IMG/VR virus record: IMGVR_UViG_3300027896_000015
Direction: 5' to 3' (one strand)
DNA: 64,000 nt
DNA from: an uncultured virus (IMG/VR IMGVR_UViG_3300027896_000015)
Lineage: Duplodnaviria; Heunggongvirae; Uroviricota; Caudoviricetes
Of the stretch, positions 19,734 to 30,322 are shown piece after piece; the first letter of the stretch is position 1; each line of letters opens with the position of its first letter. Both the position numbers and the translations under genes were made by a program. The notes under the pieces were generated by a model. That model searched no databases and was not told the origin of the DNA. It saw nothing but the letters and a program-made list of their open reading frames with translations.

Positions 19734-21889
19734 AAAGCCTAGAACAATTCGGCCATTCTTTCATGGGAAGCAGCGACACCAATGCCGTGTTCCAAAGGCG
19801 AAGCAACGCCATAGAGATGGGATACTGGTGTCTGGACAGCCGCGTTTCGGCCGTCGCCAGGTTCCTATACAACGAGTCCTTAAGGCGCGTCTATATCCGC
19901 AGGGAAAACGGGTCGACGCATATTGTCAGCTCAAACAACAGAAGATGGACGAGGACCCTGGACGGCAACGAGATACTTCTCGGCGTGCGGCCAGACCTGG
20001 AGCCGTCCAAAAATTCAGTCGGAAAATGCACGCGTTCGGTGTCGCAGCTTGTCGACGGGGCTGTGTTTCATAGGTTTTCAGTCAGGTGTCTGCATGCGTC
20101 CTTCTCGATATGCACCTACGAAAGAAACGTGTTTCAATGGTCCGTGTTTCAAAACGGATTCCTGTCTCCTGGCATGATGGACGCCCCGAAACGCCCTTTG
20201 GTCATATGCCCGCGGACGGTTCTCACGATGATCCGATCGTATCCCGACGCCCGCTACTGCATGCTGAAGGGGATGATGAGCGACCTGCATCCCGGCAAAA
20301 GGCTCAGCTGCCTTTCGGACGACGAACGCGGGGCCATCGTCTCTAAAATATCCGAGTCCTTCTGTTCTGATTTCATAGGAGGACTGATAGACAGAATGAC
20401 CGATGAGTCAAGAAAACGCATTCCGAAGTTCAACAAGTCGTTCAGCACGTCGTCATATTTGACCGAAATAGGCAGCATCATAGAAAGAGACCTGCAGCCG
20501 TACAGCGGGATCGATGTTGACACGGATTTCATCTTGAAGCTGAAGATACCTCCGACATGCAAGCAATGGATCAGAACAATATTGGAGAAACCAGATTCTG
20601 GCGAGATTTCAGGACGCGAAGACGAATTTCATCGACCCTCCAAATTGAGGGTCGATGAAGCTCATCATCCCTCCAAATTGAGGGTCGATGAAGCTCATCA
20701 TCCCTCCAAATTGAGGGTCAATGAAGCTCATCATCCCTCCAAATTGAGGGTCGATGAAGGGGGGTCTGCAGGGGATAACGTGTTGAAAGGCAATGAGTTG
20801 GTTGTGCAGAGTTGTGCGCCTATAGATACGTTAAGAGTAGATATAGATACCATCCAGAAAGATATCAGTACTCAAAATCGAGAAAAGACCGATGAAAAAG
20901 AATCTTGCATGATCGACGAAGAACCGTGTATAATGCTGGCGATGAACGAGAGTACCCAAGACACCGAGGTCGATGTTCAAGTTGCTTCCTGCAGTTCAGT
21001 GAACGCGGAACACGACATCCAGAGGCTGTCCAGGGAGTTCTCTCCCGGAAGCATCCCCGGAAGAAAAACGACGACAATATGTACGTCGATGAAGAAAGAA
21101 ATTATCGATCCTGAACAGCTTCAATGGAGCGACGTGTCCAAATCCCTTTCGGGATGCCGGACCGGCAGGGATCGAAGTCCTATCGATTCCCCGAAAAGCG
21201 CCTACGTCGCGTTCAAGAGAAAAGCGGAATCCAAGTTTCCTAATTGCTCGTTTGCAAAATTCGAGAAAGAGGCGGCTGAAATATCGGCCGCAGGGGCGCT
21301 GCTTGATCTGCTTCAGTCCAAGGGGTGCCGCAACCAGGAGACCTTCCGGTCCTGGACGGCGTGGTACTTGTCCAAACTGAAGAAGGAGGACGTCGACCGA
21401 TACGGCATCCGAATCAAAAACATGCTGAAGACATGGGAGTCGTTCAAAAGATTCCGCCCGTCGACCGGGAACGTCATGGCGAGAAAGAAGGAAAGCGGAG
21501 ATCCGATAGGGGACGCAGTCAGGCTCATGGTCGGAGACAAGGCATCCGTTTCCGTGGCATCCGTCGTGAGAGGATGCCGAATCTTCGGGGTAGTCATAGT
21601 GGGGAACTATCTGGTGCCCATGTTCGGAAGGGAGACGGCGGAGCGCGTCATCCAAGAGGCGATCAAGGAGTCGCGCGACCAAGGGCAGCCTTCTTCCGAG
21701 ACTTTTCTGTGCATCTGCGCGGCGACGAGAAAGTATTTCGTCGGACGGGCGTCGAAGGCGGCGGCCTTTTTGTCTGACTGGCAGGAGAAGTTCCCTGAAT
21801 TGGCATCATCGCAGCTTTCGGACGGAGATCAAGGCAAGGCCGACAAGTCGGCGATCGAAGCGTTTTTTAACGGAGTGAAACCGTCATGA
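19730..21889 (+). CDS. Putative replication initiator containing an iteron-like repeat array
   Basis: Central 33-bp tandem repeat and AT-richer tract; immediately upstream of loader-like and DnaB genes. Confidence 0.5.
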   Translation: MKSLEQFGHSFMGSSDTNAVFQRRSNAIEMGYWCLDSRVSAVARFLYNESLRRVYIRRENGSTHIVSSNNRRWTRTLDGNEILLGVRPDLEPSKNSVGKCTRSVSQLVDGAVFHRFSVRCLHASFSICTYERNVFQWSVFQNGFLSPGMMDAPKRPLVICPRTVLTMIRSYPDARYCMLKGMMSDLHPGKRLSCLSDDERGAIVSKISESFCSDFIGGLIDRMTDESRKRIPKFNKSFSTSSYLTEIGSIIERDLQPYSGIDVDTDFILKLKIPPTCKQWIRTILEKPDSGEISGREDEFHRPSKLRVDEAHHPSKLRVDEAHHPSKLRVNEAHHPSKLRVDEGGSAGDNVLKGNELVVQSCAPIDTLRVDIDTIQKDISTQNREKTDEKESCMIDEEPCIMLAMNESTQDTEVDVQVASCSSVNAEHDIQRLSREFSPGSIPGRKTTTICTSMKKEIIDPEQLQWSDVSKSLSGCRTGRDRSPIDSPKSAYVAFKRKAESKFPNCSFAKFEKEAAEISAAGALLDLLQSKGCRNQETFRSWTAWYLSKLKKEDVDRYGIRIKNMLKTWESFKRFRPSTGNVMARKKESGDPIGDAVRLMVGDKASVSVASVVRGCRIFGVVIVGNYLVPMFGRETAERVIQEAIKESRDQGQPSSETFLCICAATRKYFVGRASKAAAFLSDWQEKFPELASSQLSDGDQGKADKSAIEAFFNGVKPS
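20628..20759. repeat. 4 x 33-bp tandem repeat with palindromic core; candidate origin
   Basis: CCCTCCAAATTGAGGGTCGATGAAGCTCATCAT units at 20636, 20669, 20702, 20735 (last partial). Confidence 0.95.
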
Positions 21890-22632
21890 ACAGCGAATAC
21901 GCTTCGGAATATGACACCCCGCTGGCGGCAAGAGCCGACCAGCGCAACAGGGTCAAGATATGCGTCTCGGAAGCCAAGAGGCTAGATGCCCTGCTGACGT
22001 CCTTTGGAATCGTCGACGACATCAGGATCATCAAATCCTTGGACGTTCAGAAGCTTCTGGACCCGTCATACTACAACGATGCAATAAGCGAAAGGGCCGT
22101 GGTAGCGGACTACATCGTCGATAGTCCGATGGAATGGGCGTCGAGATTCGACAGCGGAGACGGATCCATCATCGTCATAGACGGCGGCGACGACACTTCA
22201 AGGCATGTTCTGTCAAGGGTCGTTCTCATGGGAGGAATATTCTCCGGAGTAGGCTCGGACACCGATGCGGCCGAGGACGTGTCCATGTTCAACATCATAC
22301 CCGTATTCAACAGCTTCGATGATGAAAGATTCAGTGTCAGGAACCGGATGCTGGAGACCCCGTTCCTGATGATATCGGACCTGTCCAGCGACTGTTCGTT
22401 CCGCGACTCGGGGGACGGATGCAACCTGTTCGACTCCGTGATAAAAGGGCGCCGTTCCGGAGGCAAGCCTACCGCGTTCGTCCTGACGACGCCTTCCGAA
22501 GCTTGGGACGTGAAATCCATGATTGGAAAGCAGATCGAGACCGTGCTGAAGGAAAAGCACAGCATGGTCAACCGCATATGCCGGCTGCGCGCGGTCGACA
22601 TGCCGAAAGGAACGAAGGATCAGAATGCCTGA
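21886..22632 (+). CDS. Degenerate DnaC/IstB-like helicase loader
   Basis: 'FLMISDL', 'FDSVIKGRRSGGKPTAF' resemble the DnaC C-terminal half; no intact Walker A; adjacent to DnaB. Confidence 0.45.
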   Translation: MNSEYASEYDTPLAARADQRNRVKICVSEAKRLDALLTSFGIVDDIRIIKSLDVQKLLDPSYYNDAISERAVVADYIVDSPMEWASRFDSGDGSIIVIDGGDDTSRHVLSRVVLMGGIFSGVGSDTDAAEDVSMFNIIPVFNSFDDERFSVRNRMLETPFLMISDLSSDCSFRDSGDGCNLFDSVIKGRRSGGKPTAFVLTTPSEAWDVKSMIGKQIETVLKEKHSMVNRICRLRAVDMPKGTKDQNA

Positions 22633-24346
22633 CGACCATCAAAGTATTCTTGAAAAGTTTCCCAACGAGAAGGTTCTCGCGACCGCGAAGATCGAGGAGC
22701 CGAGGCTTGTGTCCCTCATGCTCAAGAACAAAGCCCTTTTTTCGCAGGCGGTGGAGAGAGGATTGTCTCCCGAACATTTCGCGTCGCCTTACTGCCGCGG
22801 AATCTATTCCGTGATGGTGAGATACCGCGAGGAGCACGACGGGGCGCTGCTGACCCGAAACTCCTTCGAGTCCATTGCGGTGAGGACTTTCGGCGACGAG
22901 GAGGCCGCGAAATACCGCAGCGCCTTCGACTCGATATACGCGGAGATCGTCTACGACGACGACTTCTCGTCCCTGATGGACGCCATCGAGGACAGATGGC
23001 TCCAGGCCAGCTTCTTCGGAATCAGCACGAAGTATCACGGGCTTATTTTAAACTCGTCGGCGGGGCAGAAGGAGCTCTGCCAGTCGATGATGGAGGATAT
23101 CAACGGGGTGCAGTTCATGGGCGAAGGGGCCTTCAATCGGTCTTTCGGTCTGGACGATCTGCTTGAAAACGACGTCATGCCTAGCGTCATGGACCGCCGC
23201 GAGCATCCGGAGAAGTACAGAGGCATGCTGTCGGGATTCAAGAAGATAGACAAGGAGTTCCACGGCTTCAGACCATCCCGATATCTGGTCATCATCGCCA
23301 CGGAGGGTGGAGGCAAGACCACCTTCATGCTGAACCTGGCCAGGAACTTCGCCATGCGCGGCCACGGCGTCGCGTTCGTGACCATAGAGTCGCCGGCCGC
23401 CGACATCGCCGAGAGGCTCCTGACGATACATTCCGCCGTGAACCAGAACAGGATATTCGAGGGAGGCAAGGACGTCGAGACCGGGCTGTGCGACTTCATC
23501 ATCAAGGAGCTCAGCGCCGCCAAGGACGACATGAAGACGATGATGTCAAAGAACCTGCACATCATTCAGGTTCTTGAAGGAACCAGCCGAAAGGAGATAT
23601 GCAGGCTGGTCGAGCAGATCATGGCCAAGCACAAAATCGACGCCGTCTTCGTCGACTACCTCCAGGTGGTGGGCAAGGAGAAGTCTTATCCTGGGCGTCC
23701 GGACCTGGAGCTGGCGCACGTCTCCAGCATGTTCCGCGCGTGGGGAAGATCGAGAAAGGTCTTTACGGCCACCGCCCAGCAGATCAAGACGGAGAGGTCC
23801 AAGAAGCTGAACGAGGCCGGGATGAAGGGAACCGACAACGTCCAGATGTATAAGAGCGACGTCAGCGGTTCGAAGGAAATCTCCGGCGCGGCCGACCACA
23901 TGCTGTCCTTATGGGTTCCGCCGACGAAGGACAAGGCCGTCGTATTCAACCTCAAGAACCGGCAGGGAATCGACGCGTCAAAATGCGAGCTGGCTTACGA
24001 CCCCAACAGCGGCAGGATGGAGGACTTTCCGGACCGCGCGGGATACGACAACATCAAGAAGGTCGTCGCCGATCCCGAGATGGCCAAGAAGCTCAGGAAG
24101 GCGGATGCCGAGGCGGCGTCCGCGGTCGAAAAGGACGGCATGGTCAAGCAGGACTCCCGCATCGGCGACCAGGACACGAGAGGGATTATGGACTATTTCT
24201 TCACCGCGGAATTTCCGGCGATCCTTCCTGTCTCAGCCGACCGGAAGCCGGCGGAAGAGCAGGCGGTTCCGGAACAAAAACAGCCTGAACCTCCACCCGC
24301 TAACGACCAGAAGCCCGTCGAAGCACAGGAGCAGCGGACGCCATGA
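22625..24346 (+). CDS. dnaB: Replicative DNA helicase, DnaB-like
   Basis: 'ATEGGGKTT', 'FVTIES', 'VFVDYLQ', 'TAQQ', 'LKNRQG'. Confidence 0.85.
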   Translation: MPDDHQSILEKFPNEKVLATAKIEEPRLVSLMLKNKALFSQAVERGLSPEHFASPYCRGIYSVMVRYREEHDGALLTRNSFESIAVRTFGDEEAAKYRSAFDSIYAEIVYDDDFSSLMDAIEDRWLQASFFGISTKYHGLILNSSAGQKELCQSMMEDINGVQFMGEGAFNRSFGLDDLLENDVMPSVMDRREHPEKYRGMLSGFKKIDKEFHGFRPSRYLVIIATEGGGKTTFMLNLARNFAMRGHGVAFVTIESPAADIAERLLTIHSAVNQNRIFEGGKDVETGLCDFIIKELSAAKDDMKTMMSKNLHIIQVLEGTSRKEICRLVEQIMAKHKIDAVFVDYLQVVGKEKSYPGRPDLELAHVSSMFRAWGRSRKVFTATAQQIKTERSKKLNEAGMKGTDNVQMYKSDVSGSKEISGAADHMLSLWVPPTKDKAVVFNLKNRQGIDASKCELAYDPNSGRMEDFPDRAGYDNIKKVVADPEMAKKLRKADAEAASAVEKDGMVKQDSRIGDQDTRGIMDYFFTAEFPAILPVSADRKPAEEQAVPEQKQPEPPPANDQKPVEAQEQRTP

Positions 24347-24969
24347 CAAGGCATTCCATCATGTCCAACAAGGCCGTTGCGGCGTACCTGTACGACGCCG
24401 TCAAGAAGATCGACCTGGCGGCCTTCGTCGAGAAGGTTTCCGGAACGTCCATGTCGGGAACGCGCAGGGGGTGGATGTCGAAATGCCCGATGCCGTGGCA
24501 CGACGAGACCAAGCCGTCGTTCCATGTAGCCAGACACGACAACGGCATATGGGTCTACCACTGCTTCGGATGCCATAGCGGAGGAACGATCATCGACTTC
24601 TGCAGAGCGTACTTCTCTCTGGAACATCCCTACGAGGCCATGCTGATGGTCGCCGAGCAGTGCGGGGTCGAGATCGGTTCGGAGATGCTGACGAAAGCCG
24701 TCACCGAGGCCAAGGTGACCATCGACGAGAACAAGCGGCTTGAATGCGCGCACTTCGTGGCGGCGTCCAACTGCAGGAGGCTGCTGAGGTCCAGGAACGG
24801 CGACAGCATGAAGTGGGTGGCGGACGCGTACTGGAGGATGAACCGAATGCTGGACGCGCAGGACGTGGCGGGCATCGATGCCGTCGGGCGCGACGCCCTG
24901 ATGATGATCGCGTCGCACGGGGCGGTCCGCAGCATTGGTGAACAAAGCGGAGAAAATAATGTATATTGA
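24343..24969 (+). CDS. Primase CHC2 zinc-finger domain protein (no TOPRIM)
   Basis: 'CPMPWHDETKPSF...YHCFGCHSGG'. Confidence 0.8.
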   Translation: MTRHSIMSNKAVAAYLYDAVKKIDLAAFVEKVSGTSMSGTRRGWMSKCPMPWHDETKPSFHVARHDNGIWVYHCFGCHSGGTIIDFCRAYFSLEHPYEAMLMVAEQCGVEIGSEMLTKAVTEAKVTIDENKRLECAHFVAASNCRRLLRSRNGDSMKWVADAYWRMNRMLDAQDVAGIDAVGRDALMMIASHGAVRSIGEQSGENNVY

Positions 24970-25639
24970 CCTTTCCAATATCCGAGGAATGGGCGAGCTT
25001 GAAGACTTCATGAAGAATGCCCGGAAGAAAAGACAGGGATACATAACCAAGGACTCCGCGTTCTTAAGCGTCGCCGCGATCATGTCGATGAGAAGCAAGG
25101 ATCCTGACACCCAGAACGGCGCCTGCATCGTCGACCAGAACGACAGGATACTTTCCGTCGGGTATAACGGGCTTCCTCTGGGGTGCTCGGACGACGATTT
25201 TCCTTGGAACAGGCACGAAGAACAAAGCTACATGGAGAAGATTCCATACGTCATCCATGCGGAAAACAACGCGATCAGCAACTGCCCTCATCGCCATGAT
25301 CTTGTCGGGTCGAGAATGTACCTGTATTCCGAACGCGGATACTTTCCTTGTTCGTTCTGCGCGCAGGCCATTATCAACGCCCGCATCAAAGCCGTCATCA
25401 TGGCGACGGTGAGATTCGAGCCGACCGACAGGTACGACTGGCGTCCCACCATCAAGATGTTCCAGCATTGCGGCATCGACATGTTTGTCGGATGCTATTC
25501 CATGGGCGACGTCCGCTCCAGCGGAACTTTTAAGGACATGTCGGTCCGGTTTGCCAAGGTCGCCGAATTGTCAGCCGGCCTGGAAAACGAAGCCGAGTCG
25601 CAAAAACATGAGAATCAAGCTCCACAGCAAGATAAATGA
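24959..25639 (+). CDS. dCMP deaminase
   Basis: 'RSKDPDTQNGACI', 'GYNG', 'HAENNAI', 'PCSFCA'. Confidence 0.92.
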   Translation: MYIDLSNIRGMGELEDFMKNARKKRQGYITKDSAFLSVAAIMSMRSKDPDTQNGACIVDQNDRILSVGYNGLPLGCSDDDFPWNRHEEQSYMEKIPYVIHAENNAISNCPHRHDLVGSRMYLYSERGYFPCSFCAQAIINARIKAVIMATVRFEPTDRYDWRPTIKMFQHCGIDMFVGCYSMGDVRSSGTFKDMSVRFAKVAELSAGLENEAESQKHENQAPQQDK

Positions 25640-26504
25640 CCTGACAGCCAGCCAGTGGCTGTTCCGGTCGAAAAGCGTGATGAAGCGGAACTTCGGGCGC
25701 GGAAAGCACCTGCATGACCTGCGCAGGAAGTTCAACAAGTCGTGCAAGCCTCCGGAACTGTGCCGCGACATCGTCGAGAACCTTTCCAAGTCCGGCGACG
25801 TCGTGTTCGACCCCTTTGCGGGCACCGGAGGGGTCCTGATGGGCGCCCAGATGGCCGGGCGCAAGGCTGTCGGATGCGAGATCGATCCCGAACAGGTCGA
25901 CGCCTACGGGAGGGTGTGCCTGCGCAGCGCCGACCTGTTTGTCTCTCCGTACGACGTCGCTGCGATCAAGTGCGCCGATTTCTTCAAGGAATATGAGCCC
26001 TTCGATAAGGAGATGTATTTCGGCAGCGAGTTTGTTCATCCTTGTCCTCAAGCCGACATGATTCTTACCGATCCTCCATGGTTCAATTTGGACGAAAGAC
26101 GGAAGTCAAGCAGATGGTGGAAGGGCAAGGGCAGCACGCAGCGTCCTATGCTTCCTTACGGGACTTGCCATTTCGACACCATCGACGACTGGAAGAAATT
26201 CATGGCGCGATTCGGGAGGATGGCCAGGCTCATACTCAAGCCGGGAAAGTACATGGCGTTCTTCATGGAGGATGCCTATCTGGACGGAGAGTACGTGTTC
26301 CTGACGCACATTTCAAGCGACATCATGAAGGAGTGCGGTTTTATCCCGCAGGGCGAGTGGATATGGTATAATGAGGCAAGACGGGCGTGCTTTTTCGGCT
26401 TTCCAAGCAAGATGATCACAAGCCGGACGCATACGTCCGTGCTGTATTTCTTAAACCCGAAGGAGGACGAAAATGAGCGAACCAGAAAAGAAAGAAGCGC
26501 ATAA
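25608..26504 (+). CDS. DNA N4/N6 methyltransferase (FxGxG before DPPW)
   Basis: 'KPPEL', 'VFDPFAGTG', 'LTDPPW'. Confidence 0.8.
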   Translation: MRIKLHSKINDLTASQWLFRSKSVMKRNFGRGKHLHDLRRKFNKSCKPPELCRDIVENLSKSGDVVFDPFAGTGGVLMGAQMAGRKAVGCEIDPEQVDAYGRVCLRSADLFVSPYDVAAIKCADFFKEYEPFDKEMYFGSEFVHPCPQADMILTDPPWFNLDERRKSSRWWKGKGSTQRPMLPYGTCHFDTIDDWKKFMARFGRMARLILKPGKYMAFFMEDAYLDGEYVFLTHISSDIMKECGFIPQGEWIWYNEARRACFFGFPSKMITSRTHTSVLYFLNPKEDENERTRKERSA

Positions 26505-26739
26505 GGCCGCCGATCAGGCCCCCGAGAATCCGACAGAAACCGCACTCAAAGACTTCGTCATGAAGGCGGTGTCGTCGGGAGGAAAGCTCGACATCAACGC
26601 GGCCAAGGCCATGTCGCACGCCTTGGCGTCGGTCAGAAGCAAGCTGAACAAGGCGTGCAGAACCGACGTCGAAAAGCAGATAGCGTCGCTGAACGAGACG
26701 CTCAAGCAGATAGCCGAAATGGATGCTCCGCAGAAGTAG
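26473..26739 (+). CDS. Hypothetical protein
   Basis: GGAGG RBS; operon packing. Confidence 0.6.
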   Translation: MSEPEKKEAHKAADQAPENPTETALKDFVMKAVSSGGKLDINAAKAMSHALASVRSKLNKACRTDVEKQIASLNETLKQIAEMDAPQK

Positions 26740-26742
26740 CTG

Positions 26743-26775
26743 GTCGCACCCCGCACGAGGTGCGTGGATTGAAAC
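26743..26775 (+). CRISPR. Solitary type I-C-like CRISPR repeat (no array, no cas genes)
   Basis: GTCGCACCCCGCACGAGGTGCGTGGATTGAAAC, 33 nt; CGCACC/GGTGCG stem; ATTGAAAC 3' end. Confidence 0.8.
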
Positions 26776-26779
26776 AAAC

Positions 26780-27775
26780 ATGCACGAAGCCGTACAAGCA
26801 GCCGTAGACATCATGTCGCAAGGGCTCATGATTCGGATGGAGTTCCGAGGATGGGAATGCGGGTCATCCCCCGACATATTCCAAGGACTCGGGAAAATTC
26901 AGGGCGTCGGAGACGTATGTCTTGTTCCCCCGGCCGTGTTCAACAAGCTGAAGAAAATCCGCGTTGCGGCCAGGCAGGAACTGGCCCTTCATACGATCAA
27001 GACCAGCCGCGGGCTGTTCATGCCGCAGTCAGCCTATCCGCACTGGGCGGAGAAGCTTCAGGGGCTCCGGTCCGACCTGGAGAAGATGTACGGCGTCCTT
27101 GCAGAATCCGTCGGCGAGCTGAGAAGCATCGCGTCAGACGCGTCAGTCAAGGTCGCCAGCGACCTGTGGAAGTCGGCCCATCCCGAAGACGGAGGGTCTC
27201 CTCCGGGCGCCTACGCCGAGTCGGTCAGAAGAATCGTGGTCGGAGAAATACCTCCGTCTCATGACATCAGGAAGTCGGAAGGGATCGCGTGCACTTATTA
27301 TCCTCATCCGATTCTGGTCGCCAACAGCGGGCTGCTGGCAACGGTGCCGATTCCCGATGCGTTCTCGCTCGGAGAAGGCTATCAGGAGTCCGAAGCGTGG
27401 TCGTTCATTGACGATGTCGTGGCGGGCCACGCGAAGTCGACAGCGGCCTTATGCGGCAGCATCATCGCTAAAAAGATCGTGGGCAGATGGTCCAGCATCA
27501 CGGACGGGCGCAATATTGATCGGCATATCATGACCTGCGCCTACGGCCACGAGAAAATGATCTCGGCATTATCCTGCGCGCTGGAGTGCCTGACCCGGCC
27601 AGAGAACAACGCCGTTGACGCCGCCCGCGCGAAGGACGCGCTGGCGGAGGCGTCGAGATGCGCGGACGAGGTGTCCACGGCTAGGATGTTTTTAGAGTGG
27701 AGCAAAAAATGTGAAAAAGAACAGAAAACTGACGACGGTGCGAGACTCGAAAGGACGGCTGCTGCTGTCGACTGA
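26780..27775 (+). CDS. Hypothetical protein
   Basis: Long ORF; ATG just after the solitary repeat. Confidence 0.55.
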   Translation: MHEAVQAAVDIMSQGLMIRMEFRGWECGSSPDIFQGLGKIQGVGDVCLVPPAVFNKLKKIRVAARQELALHTIKTSRGLFMPQSAYPHWAEKLQGLRSDLEKMYGVLAESVGELRSIASDASVKVASDLWKSAHPEDGGSPPGAYAESVRRIVVGEIPPSHDIRKSEGIACTYYPHPILVANSGLLATVPIPDAFSLGEGYQESEAWSFIDDVVAGHAKSTAALCGSIIAKKIVGRWSSITDGRNIDRHIMTCAYGHEKMISALSCALECLTRPENNAVDAARAKDALAEASRCADEVSTARMFLEWSKKCEKEQKTDDGARLERTAAAVD

Positions 27776-27971
27776 GGACGCCGGCGGAAAGCTGAAAATC
27801 GTTTTCGGGCGGTATCAGGACATGTCCGACGACGACAAGAAGGTCATCAGGGAGGTCTTTTCATCCCTGAAGAAGGCCGGAGCGTCGCTGGCGGACCATG
27901 ACGGCAAGGAGATAGGCGACATCGAGTCGTTTCTGTCGTTCAAGGAAACAGATCAGGATCTGTGCGGCTAG
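27711..27971 (+). CDS. Hypothetical protein
   Basis: Operon packing. Confidence 0.5.
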   Translation: MKKNRKLTTVRDSKGRLLLSTEDAGGKLKIVFGRYQDMSDDDKKVIREVFSSLKKAGASLADHDGKEIGDIESFLSFKETDQDLCG

Positions 27972-27979
27972 GGGGGTCA

Positions 27980-30322
27980 ATGCAGGATTCAGCATACCTT
28001 AGATTCAAGATATTCGCCAAGGAAAAAGCGTCCAAATGCGGCCTGACGGAAATGACGCCTGAGGTGTTCGCGTCCGCCGTCGTCGAGTCCGGTCCGAACG
28101 TCGTGACCAAAGTGCTGTCGGTGGTCGGGATCAACTTGGACAGCCTTCATCGCGACCTGGACAAGGCGATCAGCGTCAAAGGCCCGTCGTCATGCACGCT
28201 GTCCGTGGGTCTGTCTGATGCGTCCAAGCAAGTGCTGACGTTCGCTGCCGACTGCTGCTCCAACATGGGCGACCCCGTTGTCGGCGTGCAGCATGTTTTT
28301 CTGTCCCTGCTCAAGCGCAGTCCGGTGGTCAGCATGATATGCGAGGGCCACGGCGTCACATATGCTTCGTTCATGAACGCGGTCAAGCAGATGATCTCAG
28401 TAGACCAGCCACCAGGAGGATCCAAGAAGCCTCCGAAAGAGATGGTGTCAGACTCGCCCATGGGCCACGCTCCGCACGACAAGGCGTCGAAAAACAAGCC
28501 GTCGTCCGACAAGGACATACTGGACAAGTACTGCCGAGACCTGACCAAGGCGGCGTCGAACGGCAAGCTCGACCCCGTCATCGGCAGGGAGAAGGAGATG
28601 GACCGCGTCATCGTGACGCTTTCCAGGCGCAAGAAGAACAACCCCATGCTGACCGGCGACCCGGGAGTCGGCAAGACGTCCATCGTCGAAGGCATCGCGC
28701 AGAGGATCGCGTCCGGCTTGGTTCCGGAGCCGATGAAGACCAAGCGCATATTCTGCCTCAACATGGCCAGCGTGGTCGCGGGGACGCAGTATCGCGGGCA
28801 GTTTGAGGAGAAAATGAAGAACATCGTCGAGGTGTTCAGGAAGAATCCTTCCTACATACTGTTCATCGACGAGATACACACTATTCTCGGGGCCGGAGGA
28901 TCCGTCGGCGGCCTGGATGCGGCCAACATCATGAAGCCGGCCCTGGCCAACGGCGAGCTTAGGTGCGTCGGGGCGACCACCGACGAGGAATTCAAGAAGT
29001 ACTTCCGCAAGGACGGGGCGCTCGAACGAAGATTCCAGCGCATCCCCGTCGACGAGCCTTCCGATGCCGACACGATCCGCATTCTGGACGGGATCAAGGA
29101 GACCCTCGAGGCCCACCATGCGTGCGTCATATCCGACGACGCGATCAAGGCGTCAGTCGACCTGTCCAAGCGCCACATGTTCGACCGCAAGTTCCCCGAC
29201 AAGGCGATCGACTGCCTGGACGAGGCCTGCGCCGCCTTCGCCGCCAAGAAGCTGGCCGCCGGCGAGCGGCCTCCCGTCATCACGAAGGACGAGGTGGCCA
29301 AGGTCGTCGCCGACCAGTCGGGGATACCGTCGAGCGTCATCATCAGCTCCGACATGCAGAAGGCGGCTTCAGTGGAGCGCAGGCTGTCCGAGAGCGTGTT
29401 CGGCCAGGACGGCGCCGTCAGGATCGTGTCGCGGTCGATCCGCAACGCGTTCGCCGGAATCAGGCACAAGGGCAAGCCGATCGGAAGCTTCGTGTTCGGC
29501 GGGCCTCCGTCCGTCGGGAAGGCGCACGTGGCCGAGGTCGTCGCCAAGGAGCTGTTCTCGTCGGACGACGCCATCATCCGCATCAACATGTCCGAGTACC
29601 AGGAAGGGCACTTCCAGAGCAAGCTGATCGGCAGCCCTCCGGGATACGTGGGGTTCGGGGAGAAGAACCAGCTTTCCGACCGCCTGCTGAAGAAGCCGCA
29701 TTCCGTCGTCCTTCTCGACGGGATCGAGTACGCCCACGCCAACATCATCAAGCTGTTCATGCGCGTCCTGTCGGACGGCATGCTCATCGATTCCGAGGGG
29801 CGGAAGGTCAGTTTCCAGCACGCGATCATCATCATGACGTTCGGGACGGACGCCGTCAAGAAGCCGTCCCAGATCGGCTTCGAGAACGGCCCGTCGCAGT
29901 CCGACTTCGATGCCGCGCAGAAGAACGTCAGGGACGCGTGCCGCAAGAGGTTCGGGGACGACTTTGTGACGAAGATCGGGTCGTTCGTGCCGTTCTTCCC
30001 CCTGCAGCTCGCCAACCTTGAGTCCATCGCCGACGTCATGCTGAAAGATCTGGCGTCGAGAATGTCCGAGAACGGCGTTTCCCTGTCGTTCTCCGGCTCC
30101 GTGGCGGCCAGCTTGGCGGCGTCATCGGCGCTGAACCAGAAGGCGTCCGCCAAGGACGTCGAGAGAGCCGTCTCCGAACGGGTCGAGGACGCGGTGTCGG
30201 CGGCCATGTCCGCCGGAACTCCGGAACCAGGAGATCGGATCGTCGTTTCCACCGCCCGCGACGGGTCCATCTCCGCAAAGAGGCGCAAGCGGGCCAGGCT
30301 GCCCGCCGCGTCGGCATCATGA
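27980..30322 (+). CDS. clpC: ClpC/ClpA-like AAA+ ATPase
   Basis: Clp-N region, 'LDPVIGRE', 'GDPGVGKT', 'FIDEIH', '[11 protein letters not shown]', IGF loop. Confidence 0.9.
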   Translation: MQDSAYLRFKIFAKEKASKCGLTEMTPEVFASAVVESGPNVVTKVLSVVGINLDSLHRDLDKAISVKGPSSCTLSVGLSDASKQVLTFAADCCSNMGDPVVGVQHVFLSLLKRSPVVSMICEGHGVTYASFMNAVKQMISVDQPPGGSKKPPKEMVSDSPMGHAPHDKASKNKPSSDKDILDKYCRDLTKAASNGKLDPVIGREKEMDRVIVTLSRRKKNNPMLTGDPGVGKTSIVEGIAQRIASGLVPEPMKTKRIFCLNMASVVAGTQYRGQFEEKMKNIVEVFRKNPSYILFIDEIHTILGAGGSVGGLDAANIMKPALANGELRCVGATTDEEFKKYFRKDGALERRFQRIPVDEPSDADTIRILDGIKETLEAHHACVISDDAIKASVDLSKRHMFDRKFPDKAIDCLDEACAAFAAKKLAAGERPPVITKDEVAKVVADQSGIPSSVIISSDMQKAASVERRLSESVFGQDGAVRIVSRSIRNAFAGIRHKGKPIGSFVFGGPPSVGKAHVAEVVAKELFSSDDAIIRINMSEYQEGHFQSKLIGSPPGYVGFGEKNQLSDRLLKKPHSVVLLDGIEYAHANIIKLFMRVLSDGMLIDSEGRKVSFQHAIIIMTFGTDAVKKPSQIGFENGPSQSDFDAAQKNVRDACRKRFGDDFVTKIGSFVPFFPLQLANLESIADVMLKDLASRMSENGVSLSFSGSVAASLAASSALNQKASAKDVERAVSERVEDAVSAAMSAGTPEPGDRIVVSTARDGSISAKRRKRARLPAASAS

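Noticed and set aside
20628..20759. 33-bp repeats as a CRISPR array
   Set aside because: Units are contiguous with no unique spacers and lie in frame within a CDS.
26743..26775. Functional CRISPR array
   Set aside because: Only one repeat seen and no cas genes in the window.
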